64,000 nt of DNA, taken from positions 27,466,001 to 27,530,000 of the forward strand of contig NC_133622.1 of the NCBI RefSeq assembly GCF_048593235.1, written 5' to 3'. The notes below the pieces were generated by a model. It ran no database searches. It was not told where the DNA came from and saw only the letters and a program-made list of their open reading frames with translations. Below, piece after piece: positions 23,875 through 37,906 of this stretch. This DNA is from Sminthopsis crassicaudata (lineage: Eukaryota). The position numbers were made by a program, and so were the translations under genes. Within the stretch, counting starts at the first letter, position 1; each line of letters opens with the position of its first letter.

Positions 23875-24732
23875 CAGGTTTCAAATGAATAAAACAAACA
23901 TAGCCAAGATCAGAAGGAAAATAGAAAATGGAGGGAAAGTTGCATAGACCAATTCTCTGATAAAAATCTCATATCTCAAATATGTCAGCTTTGCAAAATT
24001 TATAAGTATATGAATCATTCCGTATTGATAAATGGTAAAGATATGAATAGGCAGTTTTCTGATGAAGAAACCAAAACTATGTTCATATAAAATGTGCTAA
24101 ATTATTATTGATTAGAGAAATATACTTTAAAAAAATAAAGATATCATTTTATACCTATCAGATTGGCTAAAATTATTGAAGAGAAAAGCAACACATATTG
24201 GAGGGGATGTAGAAAAATTGAGACACTAATTCTCTGTTGGCAGAACTTTGGATTGATCCAACTATTTAAGAAAGCCACCTGGAATTATGCCTAAAGAGTT
24301 AATAAGCTGCCTCTATCATTTGAGAAGCAACAACACAAGTAGGTCTGTTTCCCAAGATGATTAACTGAAAAGGAAAAGAACCTATATATTCTAAAACATT
24401 TGTAGGACCTCTCTTTGTCATGGCAAAGAAATGGAAATTTCAAGGATGCCTATTCATTAGTTGTGATGGAATATTACTATGCTTTAAGAAATGATGAGCT
24501 TGAAGATCTTCAAAAGAAATTGAGAGACTTGAACAAAAAATGAAGAGCAAAATGAGCAGAACCCAGAGAAGACACTACAGAGTGGCAACAGCATTGTTTT
24601 AAGAACAAGTTGAAGTGAATAAGTCATTTTGACTATTATAAATGCCTAAATTAACCACACAGGACATATAAATAAAGAAGATATTTGCATTTGGAGAAAG
24701 AATCAGCAAATAGAAGCATTTGTAGAATGTTT

Positions 24733-24782
<50 letters not shown>

Positions 24783-25030
24783 CATAGAGTACACATACAC
24801 ATATAGTTACAAAGAGATGTATATTACATATACATATATATGGAGATATAGATAGATAGATAGATAGAGAAAAGGAAAAGGAAAATAACATTATATAATA
24901 ATCTTAATATATGTTTAAAAGGAATAACAAGTTGTACATAATAGTTTTGCAATTTTATGTACAATAACCTTTTTCTATTCTACTATGTTATGGAAATGTT
25001 TGTTTTATTTCTTAAGGTCAGAATAATTTT
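23875..25030 (+). mobile_element. Old L1 3' end containing a compound microsatellite
   Basis: gataaatggtaaagatatgaataggcagttttctgatgaagaa, atacctatcagattggctaaa, ttctactatgttatggaaatg. Confidence 0.8.
24733..24778. repeat. (TA)7(TG)16 microsatellite
   Basis: Read directly. Confidence 0.97.
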
Positions 25031-25819
25031 TTAAAAATATAAAAATAATCACAAAATCAAGTCCACATCATTTCATTCTGAAGCAGAAAGTTAACACTTC
25101 ATTTTATTTCATACTTGTCTACTTTGCAGAACCTCTTTCCTTTCTGACTTGCTCTTCTTCAGGTCCTATTATTATATTTCTCTTGCCTTCTCATCCTTTG
25201 AGATTTCAATAGGCTTAATCACTGCCTTCATGGTGAGAACACCATTCACTAACAGATGGTAGATTTTAAAAAACTGAATCACTTAAAGTAGGAGATGCTG
25301 AAAGAGGTAATTAAAATGGCACTTTGCTCCAGACTCAAGAAGAAAGGTCATTTTTGCCCGTTAGAAATTTATTAAACTATGCTATAATAAACTAAATTGC
25401 AAACTATTAAAAATCCCAGGAAGAAATTGCTGAGAAAGCAAGGTGATTACCTTCTATTGTCCTAATTAAATTTGATTATTAATCACTCTGATTCTGTGTT
25501 AATAATTAGAAGTAATTGTATAGTATTTCATGATAACCTGTATATACAGGTTTTATATTAGTTATTTCCATTCAACCTTGAAATATTTAAAATAGCAAAC
25601 CAGGGAGACAATGAGGGCAATTGCAATAAAAGAATCTTATTATTTCTGGGTTCAAAAATAATACCCTTAGATGGGGTAATGGGGCAGAATCTCAGAATGA
25701 TGAATATCTCAGATTTCAGTACATGGGTTGGAATGGTGTATGTGAAACCTAAAGTATGAACACTTTGTGTGATTGAGATACAAGGGAGAAAAAGGTCATA
25801 AGAATTAAGAAGTTTTGGA

Positions 25820-25925
25820 AATTTGCCTCAGTTTCTTCATCTGTAAAATGATTTGGGGAAGAAATACCCCAAATGGGGTCACAAAGATTTGGATATGATT
25901 GAAATGCTTGAACAACAACAAAATA
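25820..25925 (+). mobile_element. MAR1-type SINE, 3' part
   Basis: tttgcctcagtttcttcatctgtaaaatg..ccccaaatggggtcacaaag..gaacaacaac. Confidence 0.7.
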
Positions 25926-25934
25926 ACTCATTTG

Positions 25935-26136
25935 TCAATCCATCTGGTTCTGGGAATTTTTTTCTGAGGGCTCATTAAAGAGTTTGTTAATTTCTTTTCC
26001 CCAAAAAGGATTAAATATTCTATTTCCTCTTCTGTCAACTGGGCAATTTATATTGTAAATATACATTCATTTTACTTAGATTGTCAGATTTATTTGGATA
26101 TAATTAGGCAAAATAAACATTATACCTTTAATAGTG
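25935..26136 (-). mobile_element. L1 ORF2 linker fragment in minus orientation (PGPDG region)
   Basis: Reverse complement corresponds to YFAxLYxNKxDNLSxMxxYLQ...LPxxTEEEI...KKxPxPDG. Confidence 0.75.
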
Positions 26137-26139
26137 CAG

Positions 26140-26890
26140 CAACCTTAAATTTTCCCCTATCAGAACTAGATAAATCTAACCATAAAATAAACAAGAAAGA
26201 AGTTAAAGAAAGGAATAAGATTTTAGAAAAATAATATATGGTATATTTTCAGAGAAAATGGAATGAAAATAGAAAAGAGTATGCTTTTCTCAGATATCCA
26301 GCATAACTTCACAAAACTGATCATATTTTAAGGCATATAAACCTTAAAATCAAGTGCAGAAAAGAAATATTAAATAATTATTTTATACCATAATGCAATA
26401 AAATTACATTCAATAAAGGGCCATGAAAATAGTATTAATAAATAATATTTATATATAAATAATATAATATATATTTAGCAGTATATAAACATAAATAAAT
26501 AAAAACCCAATAAATAAATAAATAGAATTAGAGATTTTTTGAAACTAAATTACCTAATTATAAAGAATGAGTTCATCAAAAAACAAATCATAGAAATAAC
26601 AACTTCATTAAATCATCATCATAATTATTATTAAATGAGATAATGTTATAATTATAATTTTATAGAATGAAACCAAATCAGTACTTATGGGGAAATTTAT
26701 ATGCTTAAACACATAACAACAATAGAATAGAGAAAGAACAGAACAATGGATTGGATGTGCAACCAAAAAATTTTAAAAAAATAAGAAATTTAAAATTCTC
26801 AATTAAGCATCAAATTGGAAATCCTGAAAAATCAAAGAAGAAAATAAGAAAATTAAAAGTAACAAGCCATTCAATTAACAAATCAAACTA
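26140..26890 (+). mobile_element. L1 ORF2 endonuclease C-terminus plus linker in plus orientation
   Basis: NLNFPLSELDKSNHKINKKEVK...FTKxDHILxH...HNAIKITFNKGP; ends near the KIKEEIRK..INKSN region. Confidence 0.8.
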
Positions 26891-27296
26891 TTTTGGTCTA
26901 CTTTGCTCTGAATATTCTTTTGCAACATGGCTAATATTGAAAGGTTTACAAGATTGCATAGATATAATTTATATTAAATTCCTTGTTTTCTGAAAGAGAA
27001 GGGTATGAAGGGAGAGATGAAGGAAGAAAATTTGGCACTCAAAATTTTAAAAAATGAATATTAAAATTTTTGCACATGTAATTGAGAGAAATTTTAAATT
27101 TATAAGAAAAAATGATGCAAAGTGGTTACTAAATCTTAATGGCAGAGAAAGGATCTCAAACTAAAAATGGGAAACAATGCATAGGCTCACTTTTTTTCTT
27201 CATCCTGTATGTCTTAAAAGGGGTATCATGAAATTTAGATTTTAATGACTACCAAAAAATGGAATGAATATGAGAGCAATCTCTATATCCATAAAT

Positions 27297-27327
<31 letters not shown>

Positions 27328-27403
27328 CACAGATATACACACATACATTTCTCTCTACATATAATGCATATATGAGACAAATACACATATGTACACACAT
27401 ATA

Positions 27404-27410
<7 letters not shown>

Positions 27411-27458
<48 letters not shown>
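27411..27458. repeat. (AT)24 microsatellite; a shorter (TA)n lies at ~27306-27326
   Basis: Read directly. Confidence 0.97.
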
Positions 27459-27462
<4 letters not shown>

Positions 27463-27789
27463 TTTAAGATTAAAAGCAGATTCTTGATGATAGAGCAGAG
27501 AAAGAAGGCAATGCTGAATAAAGATTAGAGAGACTAAGGCTGATTTTACTCAGGTAGGGATATGGCCAATGAGAACTACATTAGTTACTTATCCCACCAT
27601 TTCAGACATCTCGAGGACATAAAATTCCAGTCTAGATGGAAAAGCGATAGGCTATATAGCTATATAATTCTCCAGTCCTCCACATAGTTTCCATACCAAA
27701 GCCTAGATCAGACCATATCACTTCAAGAAATCTTGAAGTTCCCTATCATCTCGAGAATAAGCTATACACACCTATGTGTAGAATTTAAA

Positions 27790-28400
27790 TTTTAAAATAT
27801 ATTTTTAAAGTTATGGTATATGAACATAATGGAATATTATTGTTTTATAAGAAATGATTAGCAGCCTAATTTCAGAAAAGCACAGAGAGACTTACATGAA
27901 CTAAACTAAATCAAGTGAGTAGAATGAAGAGAATGTTGTACACAGCAACAACATGACTATGTGATGGTTTAGACGTGATTCTTTTCAACAATGAGGTGAT
28001 TCAGGCCAGTTCCAATAGACTTGTGAGGGAGAGCTCCATCTGCATCCAGGGAGAAGCTGGAGGACTGAGTATGGATCACAACACAGTATTTCTACCTTTT
28101 TTTGTGTGGTTTGCTTGGTTGTTGTTGTTGTTGTTTTGTTTTTTTTTCTCTTTCTCATTTTCCCCCTTTTATCTGATTTTTTTGTGCAACATGATAAATG
28201 TGGAAATATGCTTAGGGAGAATTGCTTAATTTTTAGCCTAAGTTTAACCTATATTGGATTACTTGCTATTTAAGGGAGACAAGAGGGGAAGAGGGAGAAA
28301 AATATGGAACACAAACTTTTGGAAGAGTGAATGTTGAAAATTATCTTTGCATGAATTTTGAAAAATATTAAACTATTACTATAAAATTCTATATTTAAAA
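27790..28400 (+). mobile_element. L1 3' UTR
   Basis: gagacttacatgaact, aggtgattcaggccagttccaatagacttgtgagggagag, ctgatttttttgtgcaacatgataaatgtggaaatatg. Confidence 0.85.
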
Positions 28401-28519
28401 ATCATTTTATTGAATTAATAGTTAACATTTATTCTATTCAAATCAATCTACATATATATTGGAAGTACAAGCATTTAGAAAGAATTAACACCTCTGAGGG
28501 TTTCCTAAGCATTTTTTAG

Positions 28520-28960
28520 AGCTCTTCATTTACCTTTGGTATTCACTAACACACAATTCACTTGTGGATCCAGGAAGATGTAGCATGTACAGGATGACAA
28601 ACCAGATTGAGGGTAACTGACAGATCTCAAAGCCGACAGCAAACTGGGTTTAGACACATGTGAAAGCTTCCCTCAGTGGAATGGGTAGATGAGAGCAATT
28701 TGTCCCAATGGCCATGAACTGAAGCTTGTGAGTAATGGGAGTGCTAAGAACTTAGACACTGAAGACATCAAAGCCATCCATTACATCCCAGGCAATTGCT
28801 TGTCATTCTGACTTTTGTCTTGCCACTGGACTTCAATGACTGTGAAAGAGAAAGTCAGGTTAAGATTGTGCTACTCTAATCTACTTAAATTCTCACGTGA
28901 ATGATGAAATCACCCCTTAATATCATTGGACCTTTTTGAAAACAAAGAATGAACAACAAA
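28520..28960 (+). mobile_element. Non-autonomous RTE-derived element (RTE-SINE type)
   Basis: RTE 5' motifs (cacttgtggatccaggaagatgtagcatg, gattgagggtaactgac, agatgagagcaatttgtcccaatggccatg) joined to the RTE 3' end (gacttttgtcttgccactggacttc...cattggacctttttgaaaacaaagaatgaacaacaa). Confidence 0.75.
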
Positions 28961-29829
28961 TATTTAGTGCCTTATAAATCAAATTATCATCAGAATACTT
29001 AAGAATTAATGTTAGATAAATTCAAAAATAGAAACCATTCAGGAAGGAATTCTTTAGTAAACATGAACTAAAGAATCTATTAAAATTGCTTTTATACCAA
29101 CATTTTGAATTACATACACAATAAACAAAAATAATAGATTATTTTAAAAATAACACTATGAAATGTTTTTGAGCAATGGAAAATTATATTTTTAAGTAAG
29201 AGATAATGGGACAATCATACCTAGATATGGAGAAAAAGAGCTCAAAAGGCAAAATAGCAAATCCTGATTATAAAATCAATGTGGCTATAATCAGGAAAAA
29301 AAGATAAAGGTGGAAAATTTTTTTCATTAAGATTTTCTAAACTAACAATTATTAATAATAGTATTGATATTATGCTTTAAATTTTGCAAAGTACTTTATA
29401 TGTATTAATTAACTTAATTTCCCCTATGAGGCAAGTGAGAAAAAACAAAATTTGGGTTAAACACAAGGGTCAATGGTATCTTTTTACATCAAAGAGTAAG
29501 ATTATAGGGAAAAAGCTTTGGTAATAGTTAGAAAAAATCTGGTAGACTCAATGAACATTGACTAGAAGGATTACTGGGCTAGTATAAGCATTAGTTGAAA
29601 TTAATAATAAAAATCTTTGTAACAAATGAAATCATGACTTTAGTGCCTTTGTGAAACAATACTTATAGCCAAGAAGCAGAGAAATCAGATCATATAGCCT
29701 CATTTAAATTGAGGACTAACAGTGAGAATACTGAAACAAAAAGGTAAAAGATTTTAGGATGGTGATCAGTAAAACGCAGAAGTAGATGACTATCTGGGGG
29801 AAAGTGGTAGAAATAGAGTAGCATGTGAT

Positions 29830-30290
29830 TGAGTAACAGAATCTGTTTGTCTAGTTCAGTCTGTACTTGAACAGGTCCTTGATAAGACTGTCCATCCAGC
29901 TTACATTTGAACATTCTCAGGGTTCCTGAAATTTCAAGAAAGCCAGTTTCACTTCTGGATAACAATAAGTGTTGGAAGATTGTTCTTCACATGTTTCTCT
30001 TCAATTTCTACATTTTCCTCATTCTATCCAAAGGGGACCAAAAAAACCCAAACACAAATCTAATTGTTCTTCTTCATCCAATTTATCCATATATTTGCAG
30101 AGCACTGTCTTGTCTCTTCCCTGCTATGTCTTCCACTTTTCAGGCTAAAAATTCCCATTGGGAATTTCATTCTTTTTATAATATAACCAACATATATTTT
30201 ACTCTTCTGGCCACCCTCTTCTAGATAGTCTCTTGTTTATAGTGTCCTTTCTAAAATGTGTCACCAAGAACTGAACATAAGAGTCTAGAA
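29830..30290 (-). mobile_element. CR1/L3 fragment
   Basis: Antisense L3 motifs: ccatccagctt..ttgaaca, cacttctggataac..ttggaagattgttc, ttctaaaatgtgtcaccaagaactgaaca. Confidence 0.65.
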
Positions 30291-30686
30291 TCACATAATA
30301 AATTTAAAATGTAAAAAATATTAAAAACTATATTAAAAAGATATAAAAGGTTAGAATTATTTTGGAATCAATTCTACATGGAAAAAACTTATGCCAAATT
30401 GAGACTGACAATGAGTCAATAGTGAGGGGAAAAGGAAGAATAGAGAGAGAATCTAAATTCTGTTCTAATGTTAGAAAATTAGATGGTATATGTCAGTAAC
30501 ATAGATGTGACTATGTAGGTAGTTAATCACTTTAGGTGTATTAGAAGACAAAGAGAGTGATAAATAGACTGAGTTACAAAATATTAGATTTGGAAGAGAC
30601 CTAAAATTATTCCAATATAATCACTGGTTAGAGTATGAATGCCCCCAACAACATGTAGTTCTCAATATATGCTTGACTGTTAACAG

Positions 30687-30691
<5 letters not shown>

Positions 30692-30754
<63 letters not shown>

Positions 30755-31095
30755 AATGACTTCTATGCATTGTACATATGTGTATAGTATACATATATAT
30801 GTGAGGGTAAATGTATATATGCTAAATGTATATACATACAAATGTGTGCATGATGATACATATATATTATATATATATATGTTTATGTGTATAGCATATA
30901 TGTGTATATGTAGTATATAAACACATATGCATAGTATATATACAAACATGGGGGGTAGTGAGAGAGAAAAACAAGAGAGAGAGGAGAGAGAGAAAAAAGA
31001 GAAAGAGAGAGACAGAGAGAAACAGAAACACACAGAGAGACATAGAGAGAATAAAAGAGAAACAAGATAGAAAGAGAAAAGAAAGAGAAATAAGA
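30692..31095. repeat. (AT)29 followed by a degenerate TA/CA/TG tract and a GA-rich tract running into a gap
   Basis: Read directly. Confidence 0.95.
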
Positions 31096-31252
31096 NNNNN
31101 NNNNNNNNNNNNNNNNNNNNNNNNNNNNNNNNNNNNNNNNNNNNNNNNNNNNNNNNNNNNNNNNNNNNNNNNNNNNNNNNNNNNNNNNNNNNNNNNNNNN
31201 NNNNNNNNNNNNNNNNNNNNNNNNNNNNNNNNNNNNNNNNNNNNNNNNNNNN
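31096..31252. other. Assembly gap (157 N)
   Basis: Run of N. Confidence 1.
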
Positions 31253-31859
31253 AATGGGGAAGAGTTATATTGGCACCGTCAAAGGAGAGGCAAGCAAGTT
31301 ACAGGACCACCATGACTGGAAAATTTTTCTTTCTTTCACTCTCTAACCTCAAAGAGAAGATTTAAATATACATAATCTAGAGTTCAAAATATGGGCCCAA
31401 ATGAAACATATGGGTTCAAAATTAAAGTCACTTTTGTTTGTCACTCAACAGGATAGCATTTAACTTATTCTCAGAAACTTGATTCTCTCCCACCAAATGC
31501 TGTTTTCACAAAAAGATAATCATAGATATCTAATAAAGTAAATTATACTTTTTCAAAGTAAGTGGTAAAAAGAAATTAAGGAAAATTTACAGATTAATGT
31601 GGAAATATAATAAATTCTTTAGCATAGATGAGCACTTTTAATTTAAATGAGAATTAACATCTTTGCTCAACCAAGAAAAGAATACTTGACCTGGATGGTA
31701 AGCCACTCAGCACTCTGGTGGATCAGTGGAAAAGATTAAGTACTCAATATAGAGTAGTTAATGACTACAGTTACCTACTATTTCACAAGTCCAAAGACTC
31801 CAGTTTTTGGTATAAGAAAATCATTATGTGAAGAAAAATGAAAAACAATAGGACATATA

Positions 31860-32490
31860 TGAAGTGCAGACTGACATTTCATAACATACCAAAATAAAGT
31901 CAAAATAGGCACATGATTTAGACATAAAAAGTGATACTATAAATAAATTAGAAAAACAAGGAAAAGTCTACCTGTGAGAGCAATGGGGAAGGGAAGAATT
32001 CATGATCAAACAAGAGACAGAATTACAAAATGCAAAATAGATACTTTTGATTATATTATATTAAAAAACTTTTTTATGAACATAACCAATGCAATCAAAG
32101 TTAGAAAGATAGCAGAAATCTGGGAAACAATCTTTACAACATGCATTTCTGATAAAAATTAATTATTCAAATATATGGAGAACTAAGTCAAATTTATAAG
32201 ATTACAAGCTACTTCCCAGGTGACAAATGGGCAAAAGATATGAACAAGAAGTTTTCTGATGAATAAATTTAAGCTATCTATAGTTATATGAAGAAGTTCT
32301 GTGAATCACTCTTGAATAGAGAAATGCAAATTACAATCACTCTGAGGTACCACCTTACCCCTTTAAGCTAAAATGACACAAAAATTTTCCTGTTACCATT
32401 TTTGATCAATGCTGGAGAGGATGTAGAAAAAATTAGGTCATTCATGTACTGTTGATGGAGTTGTGACTGAATCAAATTATTTTGGAGAGC
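31860..32490 (+). mobile_element. L1 ORF2 C-terminal fragment
   Basis: ataccaaaataaagtcaaaatagg, gagaaatgcaaattacaatcactctgaggtaccaccttac, tgctggagaggatgtagaaaaaattagg. Confidence 0.85.
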
Positions 32491-32539
32491 ACAGACTCAT
32501 GCTCTCCAAATTTAATAACAGCATCATAACAATCTATTG

Positions 32540-32800
32540 AAGCAGAATCAGAATTTAAAGGGATTTTTTTTGTGATTATCTACTTTAATCCTCTCTTGAT
32601 GAATTAATCAATTCTATAAAATTCTCACCAAATGGCCACTTAGTTTCTCAAATCTTTCAATGAAGGGAAACTCATTATCACATGAGATAGCTCTAGTTAA
32701 TAGAAATATTCTTGTACTGAATCAAATCCTACCTCCTTATGACCCCTACTTGTTGTTCCTATTTTTGCCCTTTGGAAACATAAAGAATAAATAATATTGA
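32540..32800 (-). mobile_element. CR1/L3 or MIR3-like ancient fragment
   Basis: atggccacttagtttctc..atctttcaatgaagggaaactc..ctctagttaatagaaatattc..ttgttcctatttttgccc. Confidence 0.45.
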
Positions 32801-34059
32801 TATTCTAAATTAAAGCTGTATGATATTAGATAACTCGTAACTACTTTGGCAAGCTACTTAACCCTAAGAAAATGATAATAACTATTATGAGTTCTGTGAC
32901 TGACTAGTCAGAATGACAGTTTTGAGACAGTGGGCTTCTCCTTTCAGTACACTACGGAGGTGAATGTTTAGTCTGTTTCCGTGTAAGATTGGCTATTGAC
33001 TTATTGGTTTAACTTAAACTAAATTTGGATAAATATTAATATGAATAGATTTCTAATACACTTCTATGTATGGGCATGAGTATAAACAACTTGATTTAAT
33101 CACAACTTCTGAGGCTCAATTCTAAGATGTATAAATTGAGAATAAACAGTATTATTCTCCATTGAATAAATAAGAAGGTAATTTAATTGAGCAATTGACA
33201 TATTGCAACACAACTTTTATTGTATTGTAATATATTTTAAAAAAACCTACTGTTATTTAGGACACAGCAAGGGGGCCAAATGATGATTTTGTTCAGCTGT
33301 CATTCTGCCATGCTGGGAAGCTATTCATAATATATTAAAGGGCAAACTAGAATAAAGAATTTAGGTGGATGATAGGTTAAAAATTTTTTTCATGATTTCT
33401 CATGAGTACTTTTGAATTGCTATGTTATTTTCTGGAGAAATTAAATTGAATTATTAGGGAAAAGAGGAAGAAAGAGTGAGGAAAGCAAGTAATATGGGGA
33501 TAATGAAAAGAAAATTTATTTAGTTCTGCAAATTTTAGTATTAAATTTTATTAGTATTTATTATCCCTCCTTATATATAAAAGATTTAAGTTATCATGAT
33601 TCTTTTTTTTTTTTACCATTTTATTTCAGTAAATCTTGATGAAAACAATTGAAATGTTTGAATGGGTAATACATAAGTAAATCATGTATTTAGAGTTATA
33701 AGCAGATAAAGCACTTTTCAAGCTTGAAATCTTCATTCCATACCACAATATGATACATAATAATGAACATCTTTCTGTAATAGTTATGCAATAGGAATAC
33801 AGAAGGCTAGAAATATATTAATATTTTTTCAGATAGCTAAAGACTCACAGATTCAAGAAACAAGGTAACAAGCAAGGAAACAGAAATGATGAATTTGTTT
33901 TTGAACATGCTACAGTTTCTAAAACTACTTGTGAAGCAAGAGTTTCATAAAGTAATACTACGAGTTTGTAGTAACTAAGAATCAAACTACTAAAAAGGAG
34001 AAAGAAACTCATTGGGAGGGGCTTTTCAATAATTTTGTTAAAATCTTGGATACTATTTT

Positions 34060-34780
34060 GTGTTTCTCATACTATTGTAAAATATTTAAAAATTTTAAAT
34101 CTAAACATAAAAATGATCATTTCTCTATAGAAGGTCAGACACAAAAAGAATTTACATGAAACCTGATTCTATAATCTAGTACTTGTTTTTTTTTTAAACA
34201 TAATACATTCATAATAAATTCTTGTTTATTTATGATTTCCTGTGAATGTCTTTTTCTATTACTCTGTGAAGTTTAAAACAATTTCAATGGCCTTATTCTT
34301 TTTTCCTTTCCTTTTCTTTTTTGTTGCATCAATATTACCACTACTTCTCACTACCTTCTCTATTAAAACCTTTAAAAATGTTCCGTGTAATAAATTAGCA
34401 TAATTAGCCAAAATATACACACACAGTAGCTATGTACAAAACTTTATAACTTCCCCACCCCTTGAGTCTTCTATGTTTTAGGGAGAGAGAAATATGCTTC
34501 ATCCTAAGTTATTTAGAGATATGGTTGGTTATAGTTTTGATCAGAGCTCTTAAAAGAGTTTAAAAGGAGGTTTGTTTGTTCCCTTGACACTGCTGTTTTT
34601 CTTGAATATAATTACTCTGCTGGTTCACTTCACTTTGCATCAGTTCAGGTATCTCTGAAATTGTTTCAGTATTTCTTATGGTAGTCATGTGCCATTATAT
34701 GAGTACACCAAATATATATTCAGTCATTCCCCAATTAATGAGCATCCCTTTAGTTTCAAGTTCTTTTTTTTTTCTTCCTT
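34060..34780 (-). mobile_element. Old L1 3' UTR
   Basis: acctgattctataatctagtacttg, ggttcacttcactttgcatcagttca, cagtcattccccaattaatgagcatccc. Confidence 0.75.
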
Positions 34781-34862
34781 AAAGCCAATCCCCAGATCAG
34801 AAAGAAGTTTGTTTCATTGTGTTTTCCATGGTGTTATCATATTCTCTCCCTTTCTACTGCAA

Positions 34863-35038
34863 NNNNNNNNNNNNNNNNNNNNNNNNNNNNNNNNNNNNNN
34901 NNNNNNNNNNNNNNNNNNNNNNNNNNNNNNNNNNNNNNNNNNNNNNNNNNNNNNNNNNNNNNNNNNNNNNNNNNNNNNNNNNNNNNNNNNNNNNNNNNNN
35001 NNNNNNNNNNNNNNNNNNNNNNNNNNNNNNNNNNNNNN
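34863..35038. other. Assembly gap (176 N)
   Basis: Run of N. Confidence 1.
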
Positions 35039-35039
35039 C

Positions 35040-36330
35040 CTTTTTTCCTCCCTTTTCCCCTCCCTCTATTCTTCAATTGGTAGAGATAAAAGTGTAGATA
35101 CCAACACCAATACCTTCTCATTTAACCCAAATATGGGAAACATGACTAGAAATACATTTTTCTACAATATAGTTTGCTTTTTACACTCTTCTGTTCTCTC
35201 TTGGATCCTTCCCTAAAACAGAATAATCCATCCTCTATTTTTCTTCTGTTTTTTTTTCTTATTTGACCCTTTTATTAATCTTGAATAAATTAAGGTTCTA
35301 AAGGGACAAGTTTCTTCTCTTTTAATAAGGTGAGCTTCATATTAACAGAGTTCCTTTCAGCTACTCAACTAAAGTTATTATTTTTTCTTCAATCTTATTT
35401 TTGTTTTCAAAGTTTCTACCTAACTTTGAACTTTTCATAAAGCATAGTTGAAATTATATTAATTTTTTTCCTGTAGGTTATATTCAACTATGTAACATTA
35501 GTTATTCATGTTTATAAATTTGTATCTAACTTTTAGGAAGCAACATTCAAAAGTTTTCTGTTGTTTATAATGAAATCTATCCTTTTCTTTTGTGATCTTG
35601 AATGTGGTTCCTAATACCTCAACTCTTTCTTTCTAGCACTTACATTTTTCCTTTGAAATGGAACTTCTTGGGCTATGTCATTGCTGAGATTTCATTTTGT
35701 CATTTGCTTCTGGAGTACTTTGCTCTTTGGTTCTAATAATCTTAGTTTTGAATTCTTGAAATATAATGTCCAGATTTTTCTTGTTCATCATGTTTTTCAT
35801 GGAGCCAGATGATTTGAAACTCTCTCTACTTAACATGTTTTTCAGCTCGGTTGTTTTTGATAGCAGATATCTTATATGGTCTACTATTTTTCAATAATTT
35901 TATCCTGTGCAAATATTTCTTGCACAGGATTTTTATTTGTTTAATTTGTTTAATCTAATTTTTAGCAAGATAATTACTTAGATAAAATTCACTACTTTCT
36001 ATTCTCAAAATATATTTGCATTATGATTATTTCTTCTAAAATTTTATTTCATTTTTATCTTTTGTTTTATTCCTCCAAGGTATTCAGATAGTCCTCATGG
36101 AAAATATAATATTTTCTTCTGAATCTCTTCTGGCATTCCCTCCTCCTAGGTTGGATTTTGAGCTTTCTCTGAATCTATTATCATTATTTATAGATGTCTG
36201 TATCTTCTTGTCTTTATTCACATCTTCAGCCTCCCTAAATTGTGACTTTGTGCCAGGGCCAGATTGTACTTTGGAATGGTGTAATTGGTTATCATTTTTT
36301 TGTTTGTTTGTTTCAAGTTGGTTCACCTAG
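35040..36330 (-). mobile_element. Decayed L1 5' half (ORF1 region and spacer)
   Basis: ttgaaatataatgtccagatttttcttgttc, gttgtttttgatagcagatatcttat; ORF 36084..36326 resembles a marsupial L1 ORF1 N-terminus. Confidence 0.6.
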
Positions 36331-37865
36331 GTTCCTTGCTGAACTCAACCTCTTGGGATTAGGCCCCCCTGAATATTAGAAGTTCATAGTTAGAGATCTT
36401 TATCAGTTTATGGCAAACTGCTAAAGACCCAGATGCTCTAAATATGAATTATTCCAGTCTGAGCACAGCTATATCACTTTCTACTAATTCTATTCATGGC
36501 AATAGTTTATATCATGATTTCCCTTCTATGCCAAAGCTTTTTCCATGGAGCCCTCTTCTCTTCAAAACCTCAATATGGAGCCATACAGATTATGTGTGTC
36601 TCAGAGTATTTCCATATAATTGTAGGGAGTCAATTTTTTTGCTTGCGTTGGCACTAGCTGTGCTGTTTATTTCTCCCTTATTATTATCTGTTGGTTTCTT
36701 ATTGCCCATCTGATTATTCATATAGATTTGTGGTATCAGAATTCCCTTACTATGAGTTTGCATTTCTTAGTTATCACTTGTTTTTTTGGGATTTTTAATT
36801 TTTGGATGGGTAAGTCTCAGCAGTCTGCCCCCATGCAGGCAATGGCATTTATTGAAGGTCATTTTCCTTATGTCTTTTAATAATAATCCTGTTCTAAATT
36901 TATTGTCTTTGATATCCTCAGTGCTTGCAACATAGTTTAAAGTTTCTTGGGGGAATAACAGCTAGATATTTATATTCCCAGGAAATTCAAGGAGAGGGAG
37001 ATAAACAATTAGAATTATTATTTAAAAAGCTGAATTAGGCCACAGTTTCAGAGTTCAGAGCCAGGTTAGAAATATATGTGCTAGTACTGATATACTTGAC
37101 TTAAAATTTTCCTTTAAAAAGGTCATTTGCATTCATTTCTATTAAAATATTTCCTTGAGTTAAATCATCTTATGGAAATTTGATTTTATTACATGAGCTA
37201 CAATAATGAATACAGATATCAACTTTTTATCAAAATCCCTAACATTAGAGAAATAAGCTTCAAAGTACTGACTTTTATCACCAAAATCAATGATGATGCT
37301 ATGGAAATGATTCTTGACAAGCAAAAAAGGGATCTTGCATGTGAGACAAAAAAGAACCCTTTCAAATTGTGAGAGATAAATGAGTATGCCTAATGAATGG
37401 ATTTTAGAAACCCTACTTATTTGCAAACTAACTGTAACAGATCACATTTTTAAAATGCACAGAATGTCTTAGGAATCCATAATATATAAATGCATACACA
37501 CAAAACACCCATACATACATATATTTATATATATATATCAATTATATGGAGCATATATAATACAAAATATCAGCTAAAATATATTTATGTATGATAAATT
37601 AACCACTGTTCCATATAGTACTTACATTTTAATTCATAGGAGTAATTAGCAATGCTTAAAATTTCAGAAACTTTAAGGTCTTAAATCAGTGTTTTTTATA
37701 TTTAGAATCTGATGAAAGTTAAAATAATCATTTTTAAAGAGAAATTGTTAAACTTCCCAATTTTAATTTATTAATCATCTTGTTTTAACAATGTTTATGA
37801 AAATATTTTAAGAAAACCCACCAAGTACAAGAATGTGCATTATAGGGAATATGCATATCATTTGC

Positions 37866-37868
<3 letters not shown>

Positions 37869-37902
<34 letters not shown>
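37869..37902. repeat. (AC)17 microsatellite
   Basis: Read directly. Confidence 0.97.

Positions 37903-37906
<4 letters not shown>

Noticed and set aside
33278-33380. ATGATGA resembling a snoRNA C box
   Set aside because: No D box (CTGA) or terminal stem at the expected distance
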